A DNA stretch of 43,902 bases, taken from contig JBEWZL010000243.1 in assembly GCA_045837725.1 (NCBI GenBank), positions 372,001 to 415,902 of the forward strand, given 5' to 3'. Made by a program: the position numbers and the translations under genes. Source of the stretch: Vermamoeba vermiformis. Taxonomy: Eukaryota. Below the pieces are notes generated by a model. The model ran no database searches. It saw only the letters and a program-made list of their open reading frames with translations, and was not told the DNA's origin. Shown one piece after another: positions 1 to 11,144 of the stretch (position 1 is its first letter; each line of letters opens with the position of its first letter).

Positions 1-808
1 TGCGTGACATTCACGTCTATTTGGCCAAAAAGCTCAAATTTTTCACTGAAACACTCTTAACGGTGACGCTCAACTATCTGAAGCAAGCGAACGACTCATT
101 GGCATTCTCCATGGCCGCCGAACAAATACGTCAATTATACCCTGCGTACGTACGAGTTGGTTCGATATTAGGTGTTCTTATTATTTAATATTTGTAGTGC
201 TGTTGAGTCCGTTCTAAGCAGGTGGCAAGATCTGGCCAAAGACATTGTACCGACAGAAGAATATTCACGGTCAATGTTGAATCCGTTGACTTATCGCAAA
301 CGAGTAGAATATAGGTACACATTTATTGATGCCACTAATCATTAACCCCATGCTTAACCAAAATATTTTTTTTCAGTGAAAATTTGGATCCCAAGACTCG
401 GATTCGAGAAGAATTACAAAACGTGCCGATCAATGAGACTCCACAGTTCGCTAATCTCCCGACCAGCGAGATTATGGAGCCATTGACCGCTGCCTGTCGG
501 TACGCCTTCAGAAGACTTTGCGATCAATATCTCACTACGCTACTTGGCTTGACTAACAGCTTCTTCTCGATCCCACTGTAAGTTCACTTTTTGCTTAACG
601 TTACTAATATTAAGAGTTACTGATGCGACTTTTCTTAAGGCAAAAAGCGATCCCTGCCATTCTGGGTGACATTGAGCTGCCTCCCAATGCCCTTGCGACA
701 ATAGCAGCTGAACGCCAAAGATTGGAAAACAACAAACGCGAGATCTCGGCTGAGATTTCTGACTTCAAGACTTTGGCAGAGCAATTCGAAGTCTATCGCA
801 TGCAATAG
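1..808 (+). CDS. 3' part of a spliced gene, probably a dynamin-related protein C-terminus (DRP5/ARC5/Dlp-like); 5' truncated
   Basis: GT-AG introns at about 146-197, 315-376 and 578-639 join one frame ending in TAG at 808. The segment AFRRLCDQYLTTLLGLTNSFFSIPLRQKAIPAIL resembles the C-terminal stalk/GED region of DRP5-type dynamins (recalled similarity). Confidence 0.4.
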
Positions 809-3800
809 TTTCAGATACAACGATATGTATGTAACCACTTTTGGGCATAAAATTGATCGATTTATTTATCGACACAACACTGCTCGATTGTTTTTCCGAC
901 TTCTTTTCCAGCATCTTGTAATCCGCGCTTGGATTCTCTTCGGACAATTTCATTAGCTCTGCACGCTTCTGTTCCCGTTTGACTAACTCCGCTGCCATTG
1001 CCGTAGCGAGATCATGCATTCCACAGGAATGATAATCGATGTTATCGCCTTCAGCCAGTACAGTGTGAACACTTGAGACTTTGCTGCCTTTGAGACTATA
1101 CTTCATTCGTTCCAAGTTCTTCAAGTCTTTTTCTTTCGAGTTCGTAGTAAGTTGAACAACCATTACTTGCATTACATTGGACGCGCTATCAATTAGACTT
1201 GCAAAAGGCCCCATCTCTGATCCTCTCATGCAACACAACATTATTTGAATTGGACCATTCAACCGCAATGAGATGGCTCGTGTATTATCAACAAATGTTT
1301 TTCTAGGAACTTGGCCATCGAATGACATATTTGTTAGAATGACTCTACTGCCATTAGCCCCACAACAAGAGAACTCCTCGAAGTGTTTTTCCGTGCTTTG
1401 ACAAAAAAGCTGAGCAAAAACTTTTCTGCCAACATTGTCATCCCCCACCATGATCACATTGATCGATCGGACGGTCGACAGGTTCTTTTCCATCAAGATG
1501 TGTGCGGGGATGACCAATCGTTCTTGAATATACAGTGGGGCGAACTCTGCTTGTCGTCCTATAATAGCTGTTAATGACTCTATATTAGCTTAATTTAGCA
1601 TACTTTTCTCTTCATCTGTTGGATACTTAGCAACAATTTCTTTTGCAATATCGATGAACTCTTCTCTGAACGCAAATTCAGCTGGCAACAGTTTGTTAGT
1701 ATCAAGGGGCACTCGACCCTCGTACTTCAAGTTCAAAAACATTGATACGATGTGACGCTTGAGGTCGGCATTGAGGTCCTGCCATGGCCCAAGAAACAGT
1801 TTGAACGCTATGTGACACTGTTGTCTGGCCTCTGCTTGTCTGAGGGCTTTCTGGTGTGCTTCTAACATGTTTGTTATTCTCGCCAAGCACTCTTGACTGG
1901 TGGGACGTTTTTGTGGATCTGTCTTGCAACAATCTGTAATGAGTTGCTTCCACTCCTGGTTTTCAATGCCGTTGGAAATCTCGGTCACTCTAGCCTCTTC
2001 GGGAATAACTGGCATCACCTTGTGAGTGATCATTTGAAGCACTAACACTCCGAATCTAAGAACAGTTAACACAACATTAATTTACCTTAGTTAGCCTTAC
2101 GAGTAAATATCAGCCTTGTTGTTATAATCCTTCTCAGCAAGGACTTCAGGAGCAATAAAGCCAAAAGTTCCGGTGACTGTCTTGGCAACTGACTCCTCGT
2201 TCAGAACTCGTGATTGGCCAAAGTCGGAGATCTTTGCACGAGCTTTGTTGTTGAATAACTGCGATAGATTAAATAACGGCTAATGGAATTTTGTAAAAAT
2301 AGTATTACCAAAATGTTCGCACTTTTGAGATCACGATGAATTACACGTCGTTTGTGAAGGTAAGCGAGACCAGATGCAACATCCCGAGCATACATGAGTA
2401 TTTCCTCGTGTGTCAGTTTGGGGTGTTCACTTTGCAACAAGTCGTAGAGTGAGCCATCCTCAGCGTACTCCATTACAAATGAAATCTCGTTATTGTCTCC
2501 TTTGCAAAGGCACAGCGCACTGACAATGTTTTCGTGGCGAAATTTCCTAAATGTTATTAGAATTTACCGTAAAACAAGAGGCAAAATGCGTCTGTACTAG
2601 CCCTTGTCGTTTTGCTAATTAATGCGACATGTCCTGCTATCAGCATTAGATTATTTGAATCCTGGTTACTTACATAGAAGTCGTCGCCTCAATAATCAAC
2701 GCATCGGGACGTTGCAAATGCCTAGGTGTCTTCAGCGCCACTTGCTTTCCGTTCAACGTCGCCAGATGCACCTCGCCGAATGTACCCTTGCCGAGCAGTC
2801 TATCAATTTTGAACTCTCTACGTGAAACTCCTTTCAATAACGCTTCTCTGACGTTTGTCATTTCTTCGGTAAAACTTCTGAATCCCATCTCTTCTAACAA
2901 GCTGAAATCAACATACGCATCTCGCAGTCTTTCCAACTTGAAATAAACTCGATCACGGCATAGAATTGTTTCCTCCTCGTTAGAAACCGGCCAGTTTGCT
3001 CCATTCAAAACTCCTAACTCTGACTCGTACTTTTTGAGCCAAACCTTAATGCGACCTCTTAATGATTCTTCGAATCTTGGATCCAAAGAAACGACTTCTT
3101 TTAGATCCGCCGGAGTCCTTTCATAATCCTGTGTCGAAAATGTTTGCACTCGATCTACAATTTCACGAACGGCTTTCGGTTGAGTCAACCCATTGATTTG
3201 TGCACCGCTTTCTCTTTGATTTTTTTCCATATGTTACTGAGAACAATAATTATTAATAGATGCATGAGCTGAAAGCGGCAAATGTATCAATTTTTGGAAA
3301 TTATCTATCTATCAAATTATTACGTAAAAAATGAATTGATTTTTTCATACTTCATTATTTGAATTTACATACTTGCCCTGCAGCCTATTCTTTTGCAATG
3401 TTGACACTAGTTGCTTGGTAAGAGATGCTGTGTTGCCTTCTCGCAAAATACAAAGAATGACTTTTTCTTTTATTCTTTGACACCGGAAGTGGCACTGGAC
3501 CAAGGTCAAGAAGAATCTATGTACAAACGAGAATTTATTTACATACACCTATACATGTATCGGTAGTCGTTCATCAAACAAAAATTCCTTGCCTCCATAA
3601 TAGTAAGTCAGATTCCAAAGTACCGAACTTTCTTTGCTCGCCAATTCTTTCAACTCGAATGATTGCTTTCCACTTCGTTGTAATATTTCGTGCATAGCAT
3701 ATAGTAGCTGCTTTTGATTGTAATATTCGAATACTTGATAAGTGACTGAGCCATCGTGGTCTCGCACTTCCACGATCAGATTGACATCCGCCAATGCTCC

Positions 3801-3971
3801 GCAAGCAAAGCACGTAATGAAGAACGACGCATTCTCGTAGTCCTCGTTGATTTCTGCGTATTTTCGAATCTCTTCTTCGCTATAAATCTTGCAGCAGTGC
3901 AGACATCGTCCTTCTAATCTGCATCGAGACGAATCCACCACTGTGAGGTACCTTTGTTCAGCTGCGTTCAT
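765..3971 (-). CDS. Multi-exon TKL-like protein kinase with N-terminal Cys-rich DENND4-C-terminal-like region and C-terminal degenerate Ras-like domain
   Basis: Spliced kinase motifs: GKGTFGEV, VALK, FRHENIV, IHRDLKSANIL, ISDFG, GTFGFIAPE, KADIYSFG. An intron at about 1559-1603 joins ORF 765-1517 (VIMVGDDNVGRK). The N-terminal ORFs carry CxxC...CxxC...LWNLTYY. Splicing between 3160 and 3555 is uncertain. Confidence 0.75.
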
Positions 3972-4216
3972 CTGTGGCTTTGTTGCGTTGGGTTGTGTTG
4001 CTGAAATGAATCAACCGGTTCTTCTGCCAATAAAAAGAAGTTCGACTAAAAAGAATGGAAAATTCTCAGCATTCTCGGGCGCGTGCCTTCCACGCTGGAT
4101 AGCAAGCCAAAAATATCGCGAACAGTCGCGAAAAGCTTACGAACATCTAATCATCAATTGCCACTTGTTAGTTTTTAATTTTTAATTTATTTTTTTGTTA
4201 GATCGAACTAACGAAT

Positions 4217-5610
4217 TTAGATGGAGGCAGGAGCAGCCCAGACACGGATAACGTTGTCGTCGTAACCAGCGAACAAAGTGTTGCCATCAGGAGACCAGGC
4301 CAAAGAAGTGCAGCGAGGGTTCTTCTTAGCACCGAACTCAGCGCCGTAGCCTTCTTGGTCCAACTTGGCGATGGGGGCCTTGGATTCAAGATCCCAAACA
4401 ACGACACCGCTGTCGGTACCAGTGACCAACCAGTATCTGTTGGGGGAGAAGGCCAAGGTGTTGATGGTGTCCTTAACGGCACCAGTCTCTTCCAAAGAGT
4501 AGAGCTTCTCACCTTCGTTGAGATCCCACAACTTGGTGGTACCGTCTCGGCCGCCAGAAGCGCAGAGAGAACCGTCCGGGGAGACAGTGACGGCGTTGAT
4601 GTAGCCAGTGTGGCCTTGACCGCTCTTTTGACCGAGGTTGGTTCTCAAGCGGCAGTTAGCCAAGTTCCAGACCTTGACCATCTTGTCCCAACCAGCGGAG
4701 ACGATGATGGGGTTTTGAGTGTTGGGAGAGAAACGAACGCAAGAAACCCAGTCGTTGTGAGCGTAGTCAATGCTGTATTTGCATTCACCCAAAGTGTTCC
4801 ACAACTTGATGGAGCGGTCTCGGGAGCCAGAGACGATTTGTCTGTTGTCAACAGAGAAGGCAACGCTCAAGACGTCCTATTAATTAGGATTAATATTATG
4901 GTTGTCGGGGAGATACTTGCAAGAAAAATAATTTAGAAATAAGGTAGATATGGCCACCATGATTAATCATCTGCCCAGGTTTTAAGTTACAGAATCTGCC
5001 CATGGCGGCGTATAAATATTATCAATAATTTGCCTAATATTTACCTTGGAGTGACCGATGAAGCGGCGAGTGGTAGTACCGAAGTTCAAGTCCCACAAGC
5101 GGAGAGAACCGTCTAGCCACAAAAAACAATTATTATTTATTCAGAATAATCGAGGAATTAATTATTTGACTTACCCCAAGAGGCAGAGAGAGCGAATTGA
5201 CCATCAGAGGAGATGACAACGTCTTGGACGACGTGAGAGTGACTAATTACGAGCACAATTAATGTCTGATACTAGATCGCGTCAATAATCGTTACTTACC
5301 CTCTCAAAGCACGGCGAGCATAACCGTACTCGGTGGGGTCCTCACGAGTCAAGTTCCAGACGATGACAGTCTTGTCTGAACGAATTAAAGTTATTATCGT
5401 CGATCCACATTAAATAAAGCTTCCAAAAATTAATTAACGAGCATTAAGCTTATAAAATTACACACAGATGCTCTGTGAGCATAAATCGACACAAATCTAA
5501 TATTTACCTCGGGAAGAAGACAAGATCATGTCGTGGCTTTCGGAGGTGGTGGCGATGGAAGTGATCGCGTCGGCGTGACCCTTCAAGATTCCTCTAAGAT
5601 GGAAGCTCAT
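4217..5610 (-). CDS. RACK1: RACK1 / guanine nucleotide-binding protein beta-like (WD40, 40S ribosome-associated)
   Basis: Five exons. Motifs [77 protein letters not shown]. Strong C-ending codon bias. Confidence 0.97.
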
Positions 5611-6110
5611 GTTTCTTGCGTTGTTTAATATCGAGAAACGAATAACAAACTTCACGGGCACGACAGAGATAAAAGAACTGCAGCCAAAAAAAATCAGCCC
5701 AACTTTTTCCGAAGGAATTTTTCGGAGGAAAATCCGGATCTCGTGGATTTCTGGTTGGCGTAAATGATAATACTGTGCTCCCGATACCAATTGGGCGGCG
5801 ATAATTTCCGATTTAAGTGAGCGCAGGTTTTTTGCGGAGCGCGATCTGGAGTATCCTCCATTGATACCTATTACGCACAATTCAAACTATTCCAGTTAGG
5901 TGTGGTGTAAACTGAGCTCTGGTATGGGGTTGGGTGCTATTTGTGGCAAAGAATCTTTGCCGTGCAATCTCCCGTTATCTCGTAAGATTATTCCGTCTGG
6001 TGCACCCGAGCAAGTGCACTTTTGCTAAATTTATTGTCCCGACCGCAACAACTTGATGTACTAAGAAGTATTGGCTCTAGAGCATTATTGAAAACAGAAT
6101 AACTGACACC

Positions 6111-9100
6111 ATGACGGATTCAAAACGGGTATGCAACGTCACATTAGTCTTTCGTTAAAAATAGTATTTCCTATAATTCTATTATATGGACTTAAATATG
6201 ACGTATTATTTACAACTCAACCGCTATTGCATACAATGATTAGAAAACAGTTTTCGATCCACCGGAAACGGACCCTCGTAATAATTTAATAATTCAAATT
6301 TGATGTACATATTTTAAATGCACCAACCATCACAGGAAATAATTTCTCAACTAACGAGAGATCCGTAAATTTTAAATTTCGATTTTCTGCCCTTGCTTCT
6401 CAAAATATTACCTTTAGCGAGTAATGCCTTGATTATTCTTATTGAAATTATTTTTATAGAGCTCTGGGTCTTTTGAAGAGTCAAGCAGCGATGGTAAAGG
6501 TCCAAAATCATACAAGGTTTTGAGCAGCCGACATTCCACGATACTTGACAAGCACCACGCTCATATGGATAAGAAGGAAAAAGAGAAAGAGAAAGAAAAA
6601 GACAAAGACAAAGATAAAAAAGAGAAAGAAAGGGATAAAGAGCGAGAGAAGGAAGAAAAGAAAGAGGCAAAACGCCGATCGATTTTAGAAAAAACATTTA
6701 GCACGATGCAATTTGGCGCAAATAACAAACCAGACAAAACTAAAAAAAGACTATCGCTAGGCAGGCCTTCGCCAACATTGTCGCGAGTATCAGAAACTGA
6801 AGCTGCCAACACAAACAATAGCAACACTGATCCAAACGATAAGTCGGCGATACTTTCCGAACGAATCAAGAAGCTGCGAGAGAATGGCCACAAGAGAGTG
6901 CGATCAGAAGGCGTCGATCTGAAGTATAAGACACTCATGGAAAAGAAAAAGAAGAATACGTTAAGCGTGCCAAACACGCCAGATACACCAACAAAAGAGA
7001 AGAAAAAATTATCACCACGAAGGTTATTTAAGCGCACAAGCAGCTCGCGCGAGATAGACAGAAAGACTTATGGCGATGTCAACCCGTACGGCACGATATC
7101 TAGACACGCGTCGATTCAAACCATCGTTGTCGACCCCGAGACAGGCGCGAAGAAAACGCATCGCAAAAGTCGATCCTTTACGAGCTTACAAGAAGTTTTT
7201 CAAGAAATGGAGAGACAAGAACGATTAGGTCAAGAGCCTACAGACATGAAAGAGTCACTGTCTAAAAGAAGCTCGTCAAGTAGCCTGGTTAGCGTGGGTA
7301 GTGGCACCAGTATCGGCACTCCCAAAATGGAGAATGTAAATAACAAGAACTCAAGCTCGCCCAATCTAGTCGCTGCCCATGCAGTTGGCACCAATGAAGA
7401 CTCGTTGGGACCTATTCGCAGTCCTTCAGTCCCTGTACATATCAACACGCGCAAACGACGTTCAATGAGCTCTGGCGATGATACAGAATCAACCACCTCG
7501 CCTTCATTGCGTAAGATAAAATGCTAATAAGATGTATATACGGTACTAATACTTGGGATTTAGCTGAAAAGAAGGAAAAGCGCAAGTCGACTTTGTCATC
7601 ACTGACGAGCGCAGTTTTGTCACCAATTTTCAAAAAGAAAAAGGATAGGGAAAAGGATAAGCTTAGACACTCAAATTCAGAAGCGAGAATAGATAAGAGC
7701 AGCTTTGAGCCTGAGATTCAGAAGTCAGCATCCAGCGCGGATGTGGTCGTTCAGCTGATCAACTCAGAAGAGTATTTGCCCGAGCAATATAAGGGAAAAG
7801 ACATGTCTCTTTCGACTGGTGGAATTCCGCAGATTCAAATTACTGACGGTAAGCAGATAATTATGCTTTGCAAAAATTCTGCAGTTACTAAATTTATTAA
7901 TGCAATAGACAAGCGCCACATGGTTGCACAAGAAATTCTGGTTACCGAGAGAAGTTATTGCGCCTCGCTCTCTAGAGTTATTACGGTTCGTTAAATGAAA
8001 AGCTTTCGCCTATTTGAAGCTAATTCTATTGCTTAGTATTACTTGATCCCGTTCCGCACTGCTGCCATGAGCCCGTCGCCTATAATTAGCAACGATGAGA
8101 TTAAGAAGATATTTGGCCAACTTGAAGTTATCTACGGCTTCAATAACATGTTTTTGGGTCAGCTCGAGGAGAAGGTCAAAAATTGGTCGTCGAGCACGCA
8201 GATCGGTTTGACTTTCCTTCAAATGGCTGATTTCTTCAAGATCTACTCAGCTTACTTCAACAATTATAAGCTAGCGTCTCAGACGATAGCAACGGTTAAA
8301 AACTACCCTGCCTTCCAAAAACACATCATGGTAAGACTTGCAAACTGTTATGCAACGCATCCAGTCGGCTAAATTGAACTATGTAACAGAGCGACGAGAT
8401 TTTGAAGAATTGCGGCCTAACAACATTAGCCGACTTTTTGATCATGCCAGTCCAGCGTCTCCCGCGATACCTGTTGCTTCTGAACGTAAGTATTGCCCAT
8501 CGTAGGAGCGAATCTGACATGTGCACTGCAGGAAATCAAGAAACACACGCCGGAATCACATGCCGATCACCCTATTCTCGTGAAGGCCATTGCCAAGATG
8601 ATGGACATTGCGAATGAGAACGAGAATATGCAGCGCGAAGTAGATAACTTGCAAAAGATGGCCACTCTACAGCGATTACTTAATTACGTATGTTGTAGAT
8701 ATTATGTGATCTTCGTGTATCTCCAGATAATTCTCCGTGCTGACACGTAGAACACAGGACTTGCTCGATGTTGGCCATCGAAGGTTTATTAAACAAGGCC
8801 AGTTGACGAAGATATTCGAGGATGGCTCGAAACAAGAACGAGAATACATTTTGTTGAGCGATATTCTCATTGAAGCTAAGAAAAGTATGTCTATTGCGTA
8901 CTATAACGAGTTTTTGGAATTAACCCGACCTTCATCTGTAGAAAAGAAAGATCGCGAGGATTCGGACGTGTCTCCACGAGGAGGTCAAGAACTGAAGCGA
9001 AAAAATACTATCCAGTTGTCCAGTGTTGCCGTTACAGCCAATCCAGATACAGATAGTACGTAGATCACGCAGATCAAACCCGCTCCAGCTACTAACCAGC

Positions 9101-9363
9101 TAATTTAGCAATTAAAAACTCCTTCACATTGTTCGCTGTCTCGGAGGGCAAGCCGATTAAGTTCGTTGCTTCAAGCGCACAAGAACGAGACTCGTGGGTA
9201 GAGAGCATCGAAAACGCCATCAAACAACTGGTCGAGAAGGCTAACTCGCGAGGTAAGATATACACTGTGCGCTCTTGCTCCAACGTAGTACTAACGCGGT
9301 TGTGTAGTCAAAAAGCAGGATACGAAAACCAATCTTATTGTGCAGTCCCCTGTGACACAGTAG
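6111..9363 (+). CDS. DH-PH Rho guanine nucleotide exchange factor with long Lys/Glu/Ser-rich N-terminus
   Basis: DH motifs RHMVAQEILVTERSY, FFKIYSAYFNNY and FLIMPVQRLPRYLLLL. PH motifs RRFIKQGQL, EREYILLSDILI and ASSAQERDSWVESI. Multiple GT-AG introns. Confidence 0.9.
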
Positions 9364-9639
9364 ACCGGCCAGACCATCGCTTGTAATTTATAGAAGATCC
9401 AAACTTGTACAAAGACTGTATTTAAAAACCTCTGTTATCTGATGCATAGGCTACCTTGATCGGACTCTGACGGGCCTCCGTAGCCGCGTAGAAACCAGTT
9501 GGGCACACTGCTCAACGGCCGATTTTCCGAAGGATTCCTTCGCAAAATGATGAAACATGGTCTGTTCGTAATGCTCGGTGTGAATGTTCCAGTCGCTTTC
9601 ACAAGACTACAACAAGACCATCTATAATATAATTTTATA

Positions 9640-10650
9640 ATGGTAAGTATAACTGTCGATTACGCAATTTTTTGCCGTAACAGCCGTTTTGATCATCCCA
9701 TCTGTGCTCCCGCATCGCTGTTTAACGGCTCGATTCGACTCGAATAATATAGAAAATAATATACGATGATATTGTGTAATTTTTAGGGTTGTCGAATGTG
9801 CGATCTGAATTTTTTTGGTTGCGATTTAACAACCTGATTCAGATTAATTATCTGGACAGCGTACTTTTATTAAAATAACCATATTACACGAGAAAAATAA
9901 TTAATATATCAAATTATTTGTATAGTCGGATAAGAAGAACAAGCAAGAAACCTCTGAAGCTAATCCCAAGGCTTTCCCTCTCGCCAATCCCAACTTGACA
10001 GTTACCATTTTGGATTTGGTTAACCAAGCATCAAACTACAAACAACTTAAGAAGGGAGCCAATGAAGGTACGCTTCGCTCACTTTCAGATCGCATCGCAT
10101 CCCACGAATCGCGGTCGATTTTCTGATGTCGACTTGCGTGCGCTCTCTTAACACGCGCTCGTAAATCAGTGCGATCGATAGTAACTACTCTATTGTTAAA
10201 CATTACTAACTGTTTGCATCCAGCCACCAAGACACTGAATCGAGGTATCGCTTCTCTCATCGTTTTGGCTGCTGACACAGAACCAATTGAAATTCTTTTG
10301 CACCTCCCCCTTTTGTGCGAAGATAAGGTAAGTTAAGATTTAAAGTGAGCCCTCTTTTATAAATCTTCGTTAAGTAATTACTTTCTTCACTCCGCGATAT
10401 TTTTTGAAACGCGTAGAAATGAAAACTTCAAGTGGTCACTTTAATTTTATCTTGATTAACCCCGCTTTTATTAAACTGTTATATTCTATAGAACGTTCCC
10501 TATGTTTTCGTTCCTAGCAAGGTTGCTCTTGGCCGATCTTGCGGTGTCAGCCGACCGGTCATCGCTGCTTCGATCTTGAACAACGAAGAATCAGAACTTA
10601 AAGATCAAATCAACAAAATGAAAGATCAAATCGAAAGACTTCTTATCTAA
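9640..10650 (+). CDS. SNU13: Snu13/15.5K (NHP2L1), L7Ae-family K-turn-binding protein of box C/D snoRNP and U4 snRNP
   Basis: Missed by the ORF track. Exons 9640-9642 (ATG only), 9926-10067, 10223-10327 and 10492-10650 give NPKAFPLA...[19 protein letters not shown]...[45 protein letters not shown]. Confidence 0.96.
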
Positions 10651-10689
10651 ATATTTTAAAATTACAAATAAACGTACAAAGCGACAATT

Positions 10690-10885
10690 AATGTAAATCT
10701 GGGCTCGCCACTCCTCTTCCCGTCTCATCATGCTTAGTTCACCAAAGAAATGACTCTACCGAAGTCAGTAAGTGCCACCATCATCATATGTACCGTTATT
10801 GACCCAGTACATCGAAGATTGTGGCCAGATGTATGCCAATCTGTGAACCGGAGTTCGTGAAGTATATACTCGGTACGATTTTTAA
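10690..10885 (-). pseudogene. Possible decayed fragment of a cyclic-nucleotide-binding domain gene
   Basis: Removing a GTACTG...TACTGAC...TAG intron gives SIYFTNSGSQIGIHLATIFD/SHFFGELSMMR, which resembles the cNMP-binding YxIxxG...LxxxxxFGEL motif. In-frame stop upstream and no start codon. Confidence 0.35.
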
Positions 10886-11144
10886 TCACCGCAAATTAAA
10901 CCAGTCTTAAAGAGGTTAATTAAGGCCACCAAATTCTTATATGGTTCTTAATTAAGAAATGGGTCACCTATTTTAGGAAAATATCTCCGTTAATTAAGCT
11001 TATTTCAGGCGAAGAAATAAAAACGAGTTTGTTCCGCAAAACCATCAAACGAATTACAACTGGATAACAGACACCACACGTCTAACCCAATATTTATTTT
11101 TTAAGGGATTAATCCCTTCATCGACACACGATCAACATCTAACA

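Noticed and set aside
6000..6024. Hairpin plus TTTTT resembling a bacterial terminator or tracrRNA tail
   Set aside because: Eukaryotic context with no Cas, TnpB or Fanzor gene and no repeat array; the resemblance is superficial.
9547..9620. Perfect box C (ATGATGA) upstream of Snu13
   Set aside because: No CTGA box D at a suitable distance, no terminal stem and no recognisable rRNA antisense element.
9766..9837. C/D snoRNA candidate in Snu13 intron 1
   Set aside because: Box C has two mismatches (ATGATAT), there is only about 8 nt of 5.8S-like complementarity, and the 88-nt spacing to the 3' splice site differs from the two convincing snoRNAs.
10720..10790. Two ATGATGA motifs and TCATTTCT on the minus strand suggesting U3 or a C/D snoRNA
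   Set aside because: Box order and spacing do not fit U3, and there is no terminal box D. The region is better explained as a coding relic with an intron.
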